Of a stretch of DNA of 64,000 nucleotides, positions 26,700 to 42,103 are shown piece after piece. The notes beneath the pieces are model-generated. The model searched no databases. It had not been told where the DNA came from and worked only from the letters and a program-made list of their open reading frames with translations. A program made the position numbers and the translations under genes. The DNA is from Eledone cirrhosa (lineage: Eukaryota): positions 321,966,001 through 322,030,000 of the forward strand of contig OZ024740.1 of the NCBI GenBank assembly GCA_964016885.1, written 5' to 3'. Position 1 is the stretch's first letter. Every line of letters starts with the position of its first letter.

Positions 26700-26920
26700 C
26701 AATGGTTTCGGATTTAGGCACAAGGCAAACAATCTTTTTTGTTGGGGGTTCAATTAAGTTTACCCCAGTGCATTACTGCTACTATATTTTATTGACCCCT
26801 GTAAGAATGAAAGGCAAAGCTAACCTCGGCAGGATTTGAACTCAGACTGTAAAGGGCTGTAACTCTATGATGCAAATCATATTGTCTGATGCTCTACAAT
26901 ACTGCCAATTCACTGCCCTT
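26700..26920 (-). mobile_element. SINE family A, minus strand
   Basis: Reverse complement of the B box (ggatttgaactc) and of the central domain. Confidence 0.8.
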
Positions 26921-26938
26921 AAAGATAGTTTAATAATA

Positions 26939-27028
26939 CAGGGTGGATAAGCTCCCAGAATGGAAAAAATTGGCAATAGTCAGGTGTTGCCTACTTTTTT
27001 TTACCATTCTGGGAGCTTATATGCCCTG
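26939..27028. mobile_element. Tc1/mariner-like MITE
   Basis: TIRs cagggtggataagctcccagaatgg / ccattctgggagcttatatgccctg, preceded by TA. Confidence 0.6.
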
Positions 27029-27208
27029 TTATTATTAAACTATTTTTCTGTAGTCAAAAATATTTTTAAAAATTCCACCAGTTTTCTAAATATGTTATTG
27101 TTTATATATACATGTCTGTATATGTGCATGTGTGTGTGAGTGTGCATGACAAGTAAACAAAAACAACAAGCAAACAACACAGTACAATTAAGAAATATAT
27201 TATAAGTT

Positions 27209-27321
27209 GTCAGGATGGCCGAGCGGTCCAAGGCGCCAGACTCAAGGTGTAATACCTTATCCAGATCATTGAGTATTCTGGTCCATTAATGTGGGCGTGG
27301 GTTCGAATCCCACTTCTGACA
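27209..27321 (+). tRNA. tRNA-Leu-CAA: tRNA-Leu(CAA) gene with a 29-nt intron
   Basis: GTCAGGA/TTCTGAC acceptor stem, D arm TGGCCGAGCGGTCCAAGGC, anticodon arm CCAGA-CT CAA G. The intron 27247-27275 is at the canonical 37/38 site and contains TTGAG complementary to the anticodon loop. Long variable arm, GGTTCGAATCC, and a T6 terminator at 27329-27334. Confidence 0.95.
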
Positions 27322-27335
27322 ACGTTTCTTTTTTG

Positions 27336-27730
27336 ATGGAGGCACATGGCTTAGTGGTTAGAGCATTGGCCTTGCAATCGAAAGGTTGTGAGTTCAATTC
27401 TCAAACCGGGTGATGTGTTGTTTCCTTGAGCAAGACACTTTATTTCACATTGCTCCAGTTTACTCAGCTGTAAAAATGAGATGATAGGGACTGGGGTCCA
27501 TATAATTCCACTGCAAAGTGGTCGTGGAGGTGCCACGGCAAAAAAGAACCCAGTCCACACTGTAAAGTGGACGTGTAGGCGCCATGGAAAAAAAAGCACC
27601 CAGCATTCACTGTAAATGAGGTTGGTGTTAGGAAGGGCATCCAGCTGTAGAAATCAAGCCAGAATCAGTTCCCGTCCCACCCTTGCAAGCAGGGAAAAGC
27701 AGACGTAAAATGAAATGATGATGATGATGA
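27336..27730 (+). mobile_element. tRNA-derived SINE family B, near full length
   Basis: A box tggcttagtggttag, B box gagttcaattc, ccttgagcaagacactttatttcac core, ttaggaagggcatccagctgtagaaa and a (TGA)n tail. 3' parts recur at about 5140-5345, 28330-28540 and 29160-29345 (-). Confidence 0.8.
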
Positions 27731-28131
27731 TTAGTTTGATGCTTGATATAGTAGGAAAAAAGTTTTTTATGTTTTGGACGTTTCAGACACTAGTCCTTCA
27801 CCAGAAGATAGAATAACAAATAAAAGATGAACTAGAAAGATAGTGAGAAGAGGAAGAAACGGAAAAAAAAATTATTTTTGAGAAAAAGCACATGTATGTT
27901 CAGTCAGCCATTTTGGAAAAACACTGATCACTGAGTATCTTAGTTATCAGAGAGGTTTTGAAAGGGAGATAATCATTGTATATTTTGAGTAGATGCGCTA
28001 GTGTGTGTGTTGCTTTGTTCATTTGTCTGTGCAATGCTGTGAAGGATATGCATCACACCATAACCAAGCTGGTTGCTGTGAGAGTATAGAGGTGTGAGTG
28101 AGCACATGCATGAACTGACCAACACAGGGAG

Positions 28132-28166
<35 letters not shown>

Positions 28167-28190
28167 GGTATATAGACAGACAGATAGATG

Positions 28191-28247
<57 letters not shown>

Positions 28248-29111
28248 GTTGATAGATAGATAGATAGATAGATAGGTAGATAGATATAGATAGATACATA
28301 GATGGATAGATGGATAGATAGATATACAGTTCACCCTGTAAAGTGGTCATGATGGTGCCATGCCAAAAAGCACCCAATCCACTCTGTAAGATTGTTGACA
28401 TCAAGAAGGGCATCCAGCCATAGAAACCCAAGTCAAAATCATATCATGTGAGCAAGACATGGTCACCTGACCTGTCTAACTTCATAATTTGAGAAGCCCA
28501 TCTAACCCATACAAACATGGAAATTAGACATAGCTTGATGATAATGATGATGGTGATGGTGGTGGTGGTGATGATGATGGTAGTGGTGATGGTGGTGGTG
28601 GTGATGATGATGATGATTATTATTATTATGATGATGATGACGATGATGATAATGATAATGATAAAGATGGTGATGATGTTGATGATGATAATATATTGAG
28701 AGTTACACAACTGACTGTAATATTCCTCCAAATGAAGAGACAAATTATGTTTATTATTTAGTTGAATCACAAGGTATAATTAACTACACAGAATTATAGT
28801 TACATGTATGTGTATATTTGGATGTAGGTGTATGTTTGGCATGTGAGTGTGGGGTGGGAGTGATATGTATATGTGCATGTTTGTGTGGAAGTGTTATGTG
28901 CATGAATATGTACGTGTTTGTGTGTGGGAGTTGTGTGTGTATATGTGCATGTTTATGTCTGTGAGTTGTATGTGTTTGTACATAGTCTGAGGTGGTGTAC
29001 TCATACATCTACATTGACATAGTCTCCCTTTCTTTCTTTTCCCCTTCTCTCTCTCTCTCTCTTTCTCTCTTTCTCTCTCTCTCTCCCTGTCTCTCTCCCT
29101 CTCTCTCGCTT

Positions 29112-29145
<34 letters not shown>

Positions 29146-29638
29146 CATCATCATCATCATCATTTAATGTCTATTTTCCACACTAGCATGGGTTAGACGG
29201 GTTGTCCCATTAGAGGCAAGTCAGGTCAGGTGACTATGTCTTGCTCATATAGAACTGTTTCTGCCTAAGTTTCTATGGCTGGATGCCCTTCCTAATGCTA
29301 ACCAATACAGTGTGTGACACCTAGATGACCACTTTACAGTGTAAGAATGGTGTGGATTGAAGTGGGTGGGTGGTCTTTAAGGTGTGTGTATGGAGGGGGG
29401 GGGGGTATGGAAGAAGATATAGTGGTTAAGAGGTGCCTACTAGATGTATGCTTGAGTCCTTGCACAGGAGAAGGCGTGTCTTCTGTATTACTGCATAATG
29501 CCAAAGATCACAATCCTGTGTCATTGTCTTTGAGAGGTGCAATTGCGCAAGGTCAGTTTTTATCACCTCATTCCAAGTCTTCTTGGGTCTTCCTACTACA
29601 TAGCTTCCATCACATACTGATATGGATATATATGTATA

Positions 29639-29685
<47 letters not shown>

Positions 29686-29825
29686 TTTCGGTTATTTGTC
29701 GGAGATTTCTTCATAGAAGCCTCATTCTTATAGCCTGGTCTATTCGATTTTTTATATAGTTAATTATGCTAATTGGGAGAGGAAATGGTATATATTTTAT
29801 CTTGTGATTCTATAGACATGTTTTA

Positions 29826-29962
<137 letters not shown>

Positions 29963-30435
29963 TATATGTATACACGCTAAAAATTGTAATTTAGTCCAGA
30001 AATAGCCGTCGAAACGGCTTGAGCTCTGCTGTCGGGGTCCTACTCGTTCCTATTTCCCACTCTACTACCCTAAGTATTGAGTACTCTGGTGCGTTATGGT
30101 CCATCTGGTTCATTACCACACCTTCTTTGTTATATATATATATATATATATATGATTTCACACATGTCTATGTCTATATATCTGTGGCAACCTATGAAAC
30201 TCAGATTAATAACAGAGACTAATATCAGTAATATAACTCATACACTCACACACACACACACTCGCTTTCTCTCTCTCACACACACACACACACACAGACG
30301 CTTACATATATATATACACACACATACATATACACAGCCACCGACCCACACATATACACACATACAGTCACACGTATACATCCTGACACACACATACATA
30401 CACACACACACACACACATATTCACACTTACACAT

Positions 30436-30557
<122 letters not shown>

Positions 30558-30924
30558 TTGGTTGTCACATACTTTTCTTCTACTTCATTTAACTCATTTC
30601 AAGTCAGAGACTAAAATTTCAAAATAGAATCAAACTGTGATTCAAAATAAATTATAATATTAGTTTTATGTGGTGTGTATGGGGGGGGGGGGGTGATTGG
30701 TAGTGGAGGTAAATATATACCCTGGGACAAGTTTGTGAAACACTGTTACTGTGTGCGGGACTGGGGGAGATGTTTGTGGGTGTTAGGGGTAATATTAACC
30801 CTGGGGCAAGTTAGTGAAACACTGTTACCATGTGTGTGAGAGTGTAGAGGAGATATTTGTGGGTAGCAGGGGTAATATTTACCCTGAGGCAAGTTTGTGA
30901 AACACTGTTACCGTGTCGTATTAA

Positions 30925-31058
30925 CCCATGGCAAAACCTCATGGTAGAGCCCCATGACAAAGCCCCATGGTAGAGCCCCATGGCAGAGCCCCATGGCAGA
31001 GCCCCATGGTAAAGCCCCATGGTAGAGCCCCATGGTAGAGCCCCATGGCAGAGCCCCA
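30925..31058. repeat. 13-bp minisatellite (agccccatggYag), about 10 units
   Basis: Read directly. It is preceded by degenerate repeats of about 80 bp at 30705-30925. Confidence 0.9.
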
Positions 31059-31371
31059 AGGCTTGGCTCCAAGACTTTCTGGTATTTTCAGCTCTTTCTG
31101 ACACTTCAGTATTTCACCTCACTACAGCAAGAAGAAAAAATTAATGGGCCCCTAATGAATAACACATTCCTGTGTTTGTGTGGGGGTGTATTGTTGGTGT
31201 TAAGGTGTATATTTACCCAGAGGCAAGGTAGACACACTATTACTATTAGTTTCACCATTTAATAACATTAAACAGGAAATTACAAACAAAAGGTAAAACA
31301 ATTAACCTCAATTTCATACAGATTAATTAGAATTTAATATAAGTTTGCCCGCAGCAGGGTATTATTATACA

Positions 31372-31542
31372 TGGATTGGCAGTATCGGTAGAGGGTCGGA
31401 CGCCATGCTTTCTAGCATAGTTACGTCTCTTTACGATCTAAGTTCAAATCCCGCCGAAGTTGACTTTGCCTTTCATCCTTACGGGGTCGATAAAATAAAG
31501 TACCAGTAATGCACTGGGTAATTGCTGGCCTAAAGTAGAAAA
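31372..31542 (+). mobile_element. SINE family A
   Basis: Same diagnostic motifs as the other copies. Confidence 0.85.
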
Positions 31543-31562
31543 AAAAAATTATTATACATACA

Positions 31563-31604
<42 letters not shown>

Positions 31605-31731
31605 TACATATATATGTATATATATATATATATATACATACATATATATATAGTCACAATCGTTCAGCGCATCGGTAGGGGTTCTCCTATATGGATATAA
31701 AGTAGTGGCCGTACTCGAAATCGAGTTGGCA

Positions 31732-31768
<37 letters not shown>

Positions 31769-32026
31769 AAAATGTTAAAGACCCCGACGGCAGAGCTCAA
31801 GCCGTGTTTCGACGGCTATTTCTGGACAGAAAGGGCTTGAGCTCCTCCGTCGGAGTCTTTAACATTTTCTTATTACCCAGTCTATTACCCAAAGTATTGA
31901 GTACTCTGGTGTGTTATGGTCCACCTAGTTCCTTATCACACTTCCTTCGTTATATATATATATATGTATATTCATATATTCATATATATATATATATATA
32001 CATATATACATATATATATATATATT

Positions 32027-32238
32027 ACGATCGACTTTCGTCAAATCGGACCGAGGAAACAATGTTTCCGTTGATCTTTCCAATTGCTAACTATCTATCG
32101 GTCGCAACTCCAGGTAGAAGGAGCAACGTGAAATAAAGTGTCTTGCTCAAGGACATAACGCATCACCCGGTCCGGAAATCGAACTCACAACCTCACGATT
32201 GTGAATCCAATTCCCTAACCACTCAGCCACACGCCTTC
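32027..32238 (-). mobile_element. SINE family B, minus strand
   Basis: The minus strand has ggcgtgtggctgagtggttag, gagttcgatttcc and tccttgagcaagacactttatttcac. Confidence 0.75.
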
Positions 32239-32248
32239 ACTAATATAC

Positions 32249-32465
<217 letters not shown>

Positions 32466-32786
32466 TACATATATATATATTATATATATATATATATACA
32501 CATATACATATATATATATATATATATATACATATATTTCTAAAAATAGCAAAACAATTGATGCTTTGGATATGATTATTGGTCGTTAGACATGCTCAAC
32601 CAGCCGTGACGCTTAAACCAATCAGCTTTAGTAATTCAGTGAAACTACACACTGATTGGTCGAAATACAGTTTACAGGGCTTAGCATTCTGGAGCCACTT
32701 TTCTCTGTATAAAATGTATAAAAGGTAGGAAATTTACCCATCTTATTACAGTTGAAAATTGCAAACTTGACTGTCACCACATATTA

Positions 32787-32825
32787 TGAACCTGAAGATT
32801 GCGAAAGCATGAAAGTACTTGTTCA
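32787..32825 (+). ncRNA. minimal type I hammerhead ribozyme
   Basis: Stem I tgaac/gttca, CTGAAGA 32792-32798, t-tgc gaaa gca-t, GAAA 32811-32814, palindromic stem III agtact, predicted cleavage after CUU at 32820. Confidence 0.72.
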
Positions 32826-33040
32826 ATTAACACTTAGAATTTAATATTCTATCATACTATTTCATTATAATACCATTATATATTTTAAAGGATTGTAAAT
32901 AAAACGAGTAAATCAGACAAAGTTGGAATTCCTCTTATTAATATAATCTTCTATACACAATCATACACACCCGTGTATATTTACCTATCTCTCTCTCTAT
33001 ATATATATACATATATACATATATATATATATACATATAT

Positions 33041-33119
<79 letters not shown>

Positions 33120-33188
33120 TACACATATATATATATACATATATACACATATATATATATATATATACATATATACATATATATATAC

Positions 33189-33276
<88 letters not shown>

Positions 33277-34325
33277 TGACAAGCAGTCCCAAGTAGACCA
33301 TAATAAAACTTTAAGGCTAATACAGTGGCATGCTTCGAAACCTAAGGTAGCAGTCAACTGTCGAGCAGATATTAATGATAAAAATACCAACCAAAATACC
33401 AACAAAAACAACCACAATAATAATAATATATATGCAATATATATATATATATATATACTTATATATATGTAATATATATCTACACATCCTCTCCACACAC
33501 ACACTCACACTGACAGATGCAGGAAATATATAAAGGCTGGGAAGAAATGAAACAAACATGTTCTGTTGTATGTGTAATGTTTTTTTGTACATAAATGATG
33601 AACAGAGAAAAGCTGGGTATGTGAGGAATGAGATGTAGTGTGCAAATGAGAAATGTATGCTGATATGGAAATGTAGTACATATGAATGATAAATGCTTTG
33701 TGAAGAAGTGCCAGGTGATGTGAGTGGAAGGGAGCAGCAGTAAAGGATGACTGAAAAAAACTGAGACAGAAGTTGTTAGAGCTGAAATGCTGAACCTCAC
33801 AAAGGTTCAGCATATCATGATGATGATAATGTATACATATAAATGTTGAAGGGATGCTACAAGTAGAGAGACTGCGCTGGTAAGGACCCATCGAACACAT
33901 GTAAGCATGGAAAAGTGGGTATAAAATGATGATGATAATGTATACATATAAATAGAATCTTGGTGTCTGAATATGGTGAGTGGGGAAACAATATTCAATC
34001 TATTGAGATTATCCTCACAATTTCAAGACTGCAACTTTCCATAGGGGTGTTCATATCATGGAAAGCAACCAAGGAAGATAACTTCTAATAGCTTTGGCTG
34101 ACTGAAACATTTTGGAACAATTTATGACAATGCAGTGTCTGTGTGTATATATATATATATATATATATGGGAAAATGTTTAACCCCGACGGCAGAGCTCA
34201 AGCCATTTCGACAGCTTGAGCTCTGGTGTCGGGGTTAAACATATTCCCATTACCCACTCTACTACCCTAAGTATTGAGTACTCTGGTGCGTTATGGTCCA
34301 TCTGGTTCCTTACCACACTTCCTTC

Positions 34326-34399
<74 letters not shown>

Positions 34400-34709
34400 T
34401 ATGCATGTATGTATACGTACATACATATATGTATACAGACGTACAGTAGTATGTATATATATATACATACTACTGTACGTCTGTATACATTTATGTATGT
34501 ACGTATACATACATGGATACATTTAAGTAAGTGCCGTACTAAGAGTGAGAAATGAAATTTCGTTTCATTCTATTCTCTCTCTATATATATATACATACAT
34601 ACATATATACATATATATAAGTATTGAAGTTTCCGTTGAAAATTGAAAAAGTCATAGGAGTGAAGAGTGCTCTATGTAAGTACCAGAGCTAAATATATAT
34701 ACATATATA

Positions 34710-35713
<1,004 letters not shown>

Positions 35714-36250
35714 AAATGGGGAGAAAAATACTGCTGGTAGCACATGGATAACATGTAATAAAATAAGTCCCTCATCAGTGATTTGCCGACGATCATAGAT
35801 ATTTCATTGCATTAAAAATCATATACCTCACGTCGGTGCAATAATAACTAAATTAAGTTATTAGGAAAATTAAAACGTGTAAAGCGAGTGAGACAAGAAA
35901 ACAACAAAGAGTAGAGCTAACCGTAGAAGGAAGGAGACAAGCTTCATAGTTATTCTGTTAGCATAAGCTAGGTGAATATATGAGCGCTTAGAAAACAGAC
36001 CTTTAACGAACGAATGCAATGTGAGAAAAGAGAGAAATTGCTTTCTTCGCGAACGGGGTGAAGTGAGGAGAGAGAAACAGTGAGTGAGTGAGTGGAAGTG
36101 TGAGGAAGAGTTAACTGACATGACAGAGGGGGCGAAAGAAAGTAGATATATATATATATAAAACAAGATATTTTTGCGAGCAATGAATCTTGATGTAGAT
36201 TTAACCCCCAAAACTCTTTCCGAACTATATAAGGAACACTTGTGATTATT

Positions 36251-36292
36251 TTGCCCTTGAGAAGCCCAACTGGGCGAAACGTACGTAGGTGA
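36251..36292 (+). ncRNA. hammerhead-like motif with a variant 5' core
   Basis: ttgcc-CTTGAGAA-gccc aact gggc-GAAA-cgtacg-TA/ggtga. Confidence 0.5.
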
Positions 36293-36344
36293 TATTTTAA
36301 ATAAACATGTTTTAACGGTCTATTCTCCGATTTTTTACTTTCCC

Positions 36345-36629
<285 letters not shown>

Positions 36630-36656
36630 TGGTTACACAACAGTTAGTTCGCCATA

Positions 36657-36696
36657 CCGAGAAAAATTGTTTCACCTTCGCGGATTTTCAGCTCGG
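36657..36696 (-). ncRNA. decayed hammerhead downstream of the Penelope ORF (likely its pLTR)
   Basis: ccgag-CTGAAAA-t cc gcgaa gg t-GAAA-caattt-TT/ctcgg, on the same strand as the Penelope ORF. Confidence 0.55.
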
Positions 36697-36850
36697 GATG
36701 TGTATGGTTATAGGAACAACAGGAAGGACAACCGTACGAACGCGCATGCGCAGAAACTCGGTTACTTCACACAGGCAATATTAGACTGCGTGCGGGAGGT
36801 GTAAGGGAGATAACTGCGAAAGTCCGGAAAGTTTTTAGGTTGAAAATAGA

Positions 36851-37345
36851 ATAAAAAATAAAAAATAAAAAATAAAAAATAAAAAATAAAAAATAAAAAA
36901 TAAAAAATAAAAAATAAAAAATAAAAAATAAAAAATAAAAAATAAAAAATAAAAAATAAAAAATAAAAAATAATAAAAAATAAAAAATAAAAAATAAAAA
37001 ATAAAAAATAAAAAATAAAAAATAAAAAATAAAAAATAAAAAATAAAAAATAAAAAATAAAAAAATAAAAAATAAAAAATAAAAAATAAAATATAATATA
37101 AAAAATAAAAAATAAAAAATAAAAAATAAAAAATAAAAAAATAAAAAATAAAAAATAAAAAATAAAAAATAAAAAATAAAAAATAAAAAATAAAAAATAA
37201 AAAATAAAAAATAAAAAATAAAAAATAAAAAATAAAAAATAAAAAATAAAAAATAAAAAATAAAAAATAAAAAATAAAAAATAAAAAAATAAAAAATAAA
37301 AAATAAAAAATAAAAAATAAAAAATAAAAAATAAAAAATAAAATT
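36851..37345. repeat. (TAAAAAA)n heptanucleotide microsatellite of about 500 bp
   Basis: Period 7 read directly. It abuts the Penelope stop codon. Confidence 0.97.
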
Positions 37346-37353
37346 ACAAAGAA

Positions 37354-38870
37354 TCAGTCCGGAGCCTTGTATTTATGCAATAGATGTTTGGTGACGTGTG
37401 GACAACGTGTGAAAAATTCACTTCTCGTGTTTAGGCAATCACTATTGCGTAATCTCTTTAGGATAGTTATTCGTTCGTCAATACATAAGCCACACGTCGG
37501 ATTTCCTCTTGCGTATGGCTTGGACTTAGCGATGGCTTTCCATTGAATGGAGTAGCCTATACTTGAGTCCTTGAGGGACCATACGCGACTCGCGAGTTTC
37601 GTGGATGAACGTCTGTCCGGGTATCTGAAGGTAGACTGGTGGTTCAGGAAACGCTCCTTGAATCGGCCCTCCGCCATGCCCACATAGGATTTGACCTCCT
37701 GTGGTTCGTTTGGTCGGTTGGAAGTGACCACAGCTTCATAGATTACAGCTGGTGTGTTGCATTGCTGTTGAAGGGGGCAAGCTTCAGGCTTACGGCAAGA
37801 GCACCCTGGTGGGGTGTTGCTCCTAGGGCTGCTGGTGATGTGGGCCTTCATGTTCTTAGCGCAGGAGTATCCTAGTTTAACTTTGTGTCGGTTAAAGATG
37901 GAGCGGTATTTATGACCTATGGGGAAGTGTCTATCTAAAAGGGCTAGAAATTTCTTTCCTACATTGGGTTTACGTTGAGTGAGAAGGGGGGAGAGAACCA
38001 GATAATTGTCTATTGATGCGCTTACTTTTCTTAATGGTGTTGTTGCTAGTGGGAGAGTAGGTGATAGGTTGTGAGAAGCCGCTGTTAGCCAACGCCGTGT
38101 TATAGTAGGGTGCCGCCCTGTCAAAGATAGCCTTATTAGAGGAGAGGTTTGAGATTCTAGTACTGATATTCTTAACGAAGTTTCTAAAAACAGTGGGAGG
38201 GTGGCATGAGTCCTTGTGAATGTAATTAAGTTTCTCGATAGCTTATGGAAGGGTCTGTGGGTGTGTGTGCGAAGGTCTAAATTAATGTCTAAGAAATCTA
38301 TGCTAGAGAGGTTGGTGGCTACTGTTATCCTAAGGCCATCGAAGGTAGAAGCTAAGTCTTTTTTAAACCGGTCGAGATCGTGACCACTTTTATGGCTCGA
38401 TAAAGTCAGTCCATCGTCACGGTATATTCCCGTGTGGAAGTCCAGGAATCTAACACGTAATATGTCTAAGATAAAAAGGCCAACTAAGTTGCATACGTCA
38501 GCACTGTCAAACGATCCCATGGAGAAACTTAGAAACATATTTAAGACCATTAGGACCAAGTCCAAGTCCAGTGGGAGAACAGCGACTCCATAATTAAGTG
38601 GTTCAACTCCTTAAAATCCAAAAAAGCGAAGTTCACACAGTTCGACATTGTTCATTTTTACCTGTCGATCTCAGAGATCCTGTTAAACAAAGCGTTGGAC
38701 TTCGCTACTACTTATACCACCGTCGATGGTTTAGACAGGGAAATCAACGACGGAGTAGCCTGGGCAAAGAAGTCTACATCTTCAGACCTGTTCGACGTCT
38801 CCATGGGATCGTTTGACAGTGCTGACGTATGCGATTTAGTTGGCCTTTTCATCTTAGACATATTATCTTA
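37354..38870 (-). mobile_element. Penelope-like element (RT plus GIY-YIG endonuclease), frameshifted, with 5' inversion
   Basis: SMGSFDSADVCNLVG, GIYRDDGL, DFLDINLDL, then VIYEAVV...SYVGMAEGRFKERFLNH and CGLCIDER...LNTRSEFFTRCPH. RT motif QFDIVHFYLSISE...ALDFA is on the + strand at about 38638-38707. 38799-38864 is the inverse of 38459-38524. Confidence 0.9.
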
Positions 38871-39023
38871 GACATATGTGTATGTTTATGTATACGTACA
38901 CACACGTATACATAAACATACACATACACACACATACACATACACACACATACACATACACACACACACACATACACACACATACACATATACACACACA
39001 CACATACACATAGATGTATATAT

Positions 39024-39071
<48 letters not shown>

Positions 39072-39925
39072 GCATACACGCACGCATATGTATACGCACG
39101 TATATGTAAAAAATACTTACACACAGACACAGACACTTGCGTTGGTACGAGGGGGGAGGTATGTGTTGGCGGTGTTGATGAAGTATGGAGTTGTGTCTTG
39201 TGGTGGTGGTGGTGGAGGAGTTGTGAGCGACAAAAATATACAGGATCGAATAGTATGATGGGTTACAGGTTAAAAGCTGACATAGGGAACGCGGAGTAAA
39301 AGAGTTTATGGCGATGTGTGTTGTGGTCATGGTAGTGCTGGTGGTGCTGGGGTGATATGTTCTACAAAATGATTACATGATCAGATGTTACGGTGGGTTA
39401 CAGCGTAAGGCAGACGGGGGGGGGGGGGGCGGATATAACACAGTCGATCTGAGAGTGAGGGATGATATGTGTTGATGATGTTAATGATGTTAATGTATTA
39501 ATGATTGTTGAAGTATGTGGATGTATCTAGTGGTGGCGGTGGTGGTGTGTGCGACAGTACATTTACAGGGTCGAATTTAGTGTAGGTTAGGGTAGACAGA
39601 GGGAACATGGGGGGATAATGTTGCGGGTGTAGACATATAACGATGTGTGCGGTGGTGGTGGTGGTGGTGGTGGCGATGGTGTGATATGATCGACATTGTA
39701 TTTACAGGATCAGATGTTACTATGGTTTGCAAGGTAAAACCTGACAGAGAGGACAGATAGAACACCATGTTGCAAGGATGAGGGGTGTATGGCGATGTGA
39801 TTTTTGGTGGGGGTGATGTATGCGGCATGATATACAAAATACGGGCTTACAAATGGTTAACTGCAATACAATAAAATAAATTCGCTGAGATGGACGATGG
39901 TAAGACGGGGCAGAGGTGGTTATTA

Positions 39926-40141
39926 TTATGCTGGGTCATGGTTAGTGCGCGGCCCTCCCCCGAATGTTTGTGCGGAAAAAGTATTCAGCCTGGTGTGTCT
40001 GCAATTGACAATTATGTCCGACCTATAGTTTATGGCAGATTTTAATTTAATTATTTCCGCCGCCTCAGCCAGGCATAACCTGCAGTGGTTTCTGTCACTG
40101 GGGAGTTGTGCCACGCGTCTTTTCACTGACCAGGGGATCAT
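39926..40141 (-). mobile_element. second Penelope-like GIY-YIG C-terminal fragment
   Basis: WSVK...CRLCLAEAAEII...INYRSDIIVNCRH. An opposite-strand hammerhead-like fold lies at 40161-40246. Confidence 0.7.
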
Positions 40142-40293
40142 TTTCTTATAGCATTTTAAAAGGTGCGTCGAGCCGCCGATTATTGAGTCGGATAGATCGA
40201 TACAGATCGAACCTTGAGCTGATCAGTGGCGAAACGCGCGTCACCTACCAATAAATGCAATGAAGGAGTAATCAATTGTCCTTGTTATCCTTT

Positions 40294-40364
<71 letters not shown>

Positions 40365-40452
40365 GTAAAAAATTGAACGGGAACAAAACAGAGAGGCAGT
40401 ACGAACAAAGGTTTATTAGTTTCACGCTCTTGAGAGTGGGGTGGTGGTGGGG

Positions 40453-40490
40453 AACGACGTTTCGGGCATAAGCCCTTCTTCAGGTGAAAA
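40453..40490 (-). ncRNA. hammerhead core motif lacking stem I
   Basis: CTGAAGA-a-gggc ttat gccc-GAAA-cgtcg-TT. Confidence 0.5.
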
Positions 40491-40738
40491 GTTTGTGGGA
40501 AGAGAGTTCCAATGGTGTGTAGGGGAGTGGTGGAGAGACATATAGAAAAAAGGGGGTGAGAGGAAACGGTACAAATGAAATTAAATATAAAAGCATAATA
40601 AAAATAAAAATAAACATGAAGTAAAACAGGTGGTGGAAGGGTGTGGGCGTGTAGGGGTGGTGGCGGGGGGGAGTGGGGAGAGGGAGGCGGGGTGTCCGAG
40701 CGGGGAGGGCTGAAGGTAGTGTGTGTGTGTAGGTGTAC

Positions 40739-40769
<31 letters not shown>

Positions 40770-41051
40770 AAAGTAAGAGTTGGGGGAAGAACGGGGTGGC
40801 ATGTTCAGGAAAAGGTATGTGTAGGGTGGGGTGTAGGTCGGTGTGTGTGTGCGTGTGTAGATGGGGAGGGGCCAGAGGGGTGGGGAGAGAGGATTCCGGA
40901 TGCTGAGTGTGTAAATATGTGGTGGTACGCACGTGTGTGTGGTGTTTATACGTGTTGTGGATGTAGGTGGCGTGTGGGAAAAAAATATTTTTAGAGTGTA
41001 TGTCCGTGGGTGAGTCCCTAAGGTAGTTCCGTAGAGGATGTGGTGGGATGC

Positions 41052-41092
<41 letters not shown>

Positions 41093-41396
41093 ATTAATGT
41101 CTACATTAATAAAATGCTTTGAAGTATCATCTTTGGGTGTCATTTCATTTAAATTATTATGCTCTGTATTTTTCCATAAGTGATTAATACATTGATCTTA
41201 GCTGTTGAAATGGCAACAGCTCCGTCATCTAGCCTTGACTCTTTCTAATATATAAACATATATATATATATATACCATCATTATCATCCTATATATATAT
41301 ATATATGAGCAAGACATGGTCATCTGAACTGGCATTTCTAACAACTTGCCTAACCCATGCTAGCATGGAAAAATGGATGTTATAGAGTGATAATGA

Positions 41397-41439
<43 letters not shown>

Positions 41440-41442
<3 letters not shown>

Positions 41443-42046
41443 TGGCTGCCAACTCGTTTTCGAGTACGGCCACTACTTTATATCCATGTAGGAGAACCCC
41501 TACTGATGCGCTGAACAAGTGTAACTTTTTAGTCCAGCCAGCGACTTGAAAACTCTGGTACAAACACTACACTTGCGACAATTATTGACACATAGTGCTG
41601 GGCCCATGGTACCATGTGACGACAAGTGCAGAGAGATCTCCAGATATAAAGCAATGCCTGTGCCGTGAAGCTTTTATAGTGAGCAAAGGCACTGCACAAA
41701 GCCAGTCCCACTCTCTTAACCAAGATGATATTTACCAAAAAGAAGAACAAGTCAACATCATTGGATACCATCAGAGTTGCAGGTGTTATATCAGAGTTTT
41801 CCTTCTCCTAGAATTCTGCCTTGACAAAGGCTAAGGGGTCATCTCTCCCGGTGATTTTGGATGGCCATTGACTCTTAAGAGCTCCTTTGCCCTTTGACAG
41901 GTTTTGTTTTTAGTCCTGCAGGATGTCCAAAGTCACCCTCCTCACCAAGAAACCTTGGTGGGGTTGCCAGTTTAGTCGCCAACGACCCGACCATGAGATA
42001 GGTTGTACTGGGATACATGTTACCAGTAGCACCAACTGGTGACCTG

Positions 42047-42050
<4 letters not shown>
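41440..42050 (-). mobile_element. non-coding retroelement of about 600 bp, probably RTE-derived, ending in (TA)n
   Basis: A near-identical copy lies at 46278-46832 and an opposite-orientation end fragment at 31660-31738. The minus strand has ctaggagaaggaaaactctgat, which resembles RTE 5'-UTR motifs as recalled. Confidence 0.65.
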
Positions 42051-42092
<42 letters not shown>

Positions 42093-42103
42093 TTAATATA
42101 GAA

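Noticed and set aside
35768-35782. Isolated CTGATGAG on the minus strand (also at about 57762-57770)
   Set aside because: No in-register GAAA, stem III or stem I.
41529-41834. Duplicated 79-80 aa ORFs, repeated at 46367-46672
   Set aside because: Their conservation simply reflects recent copies of a repeat, and there are no protein motifs.
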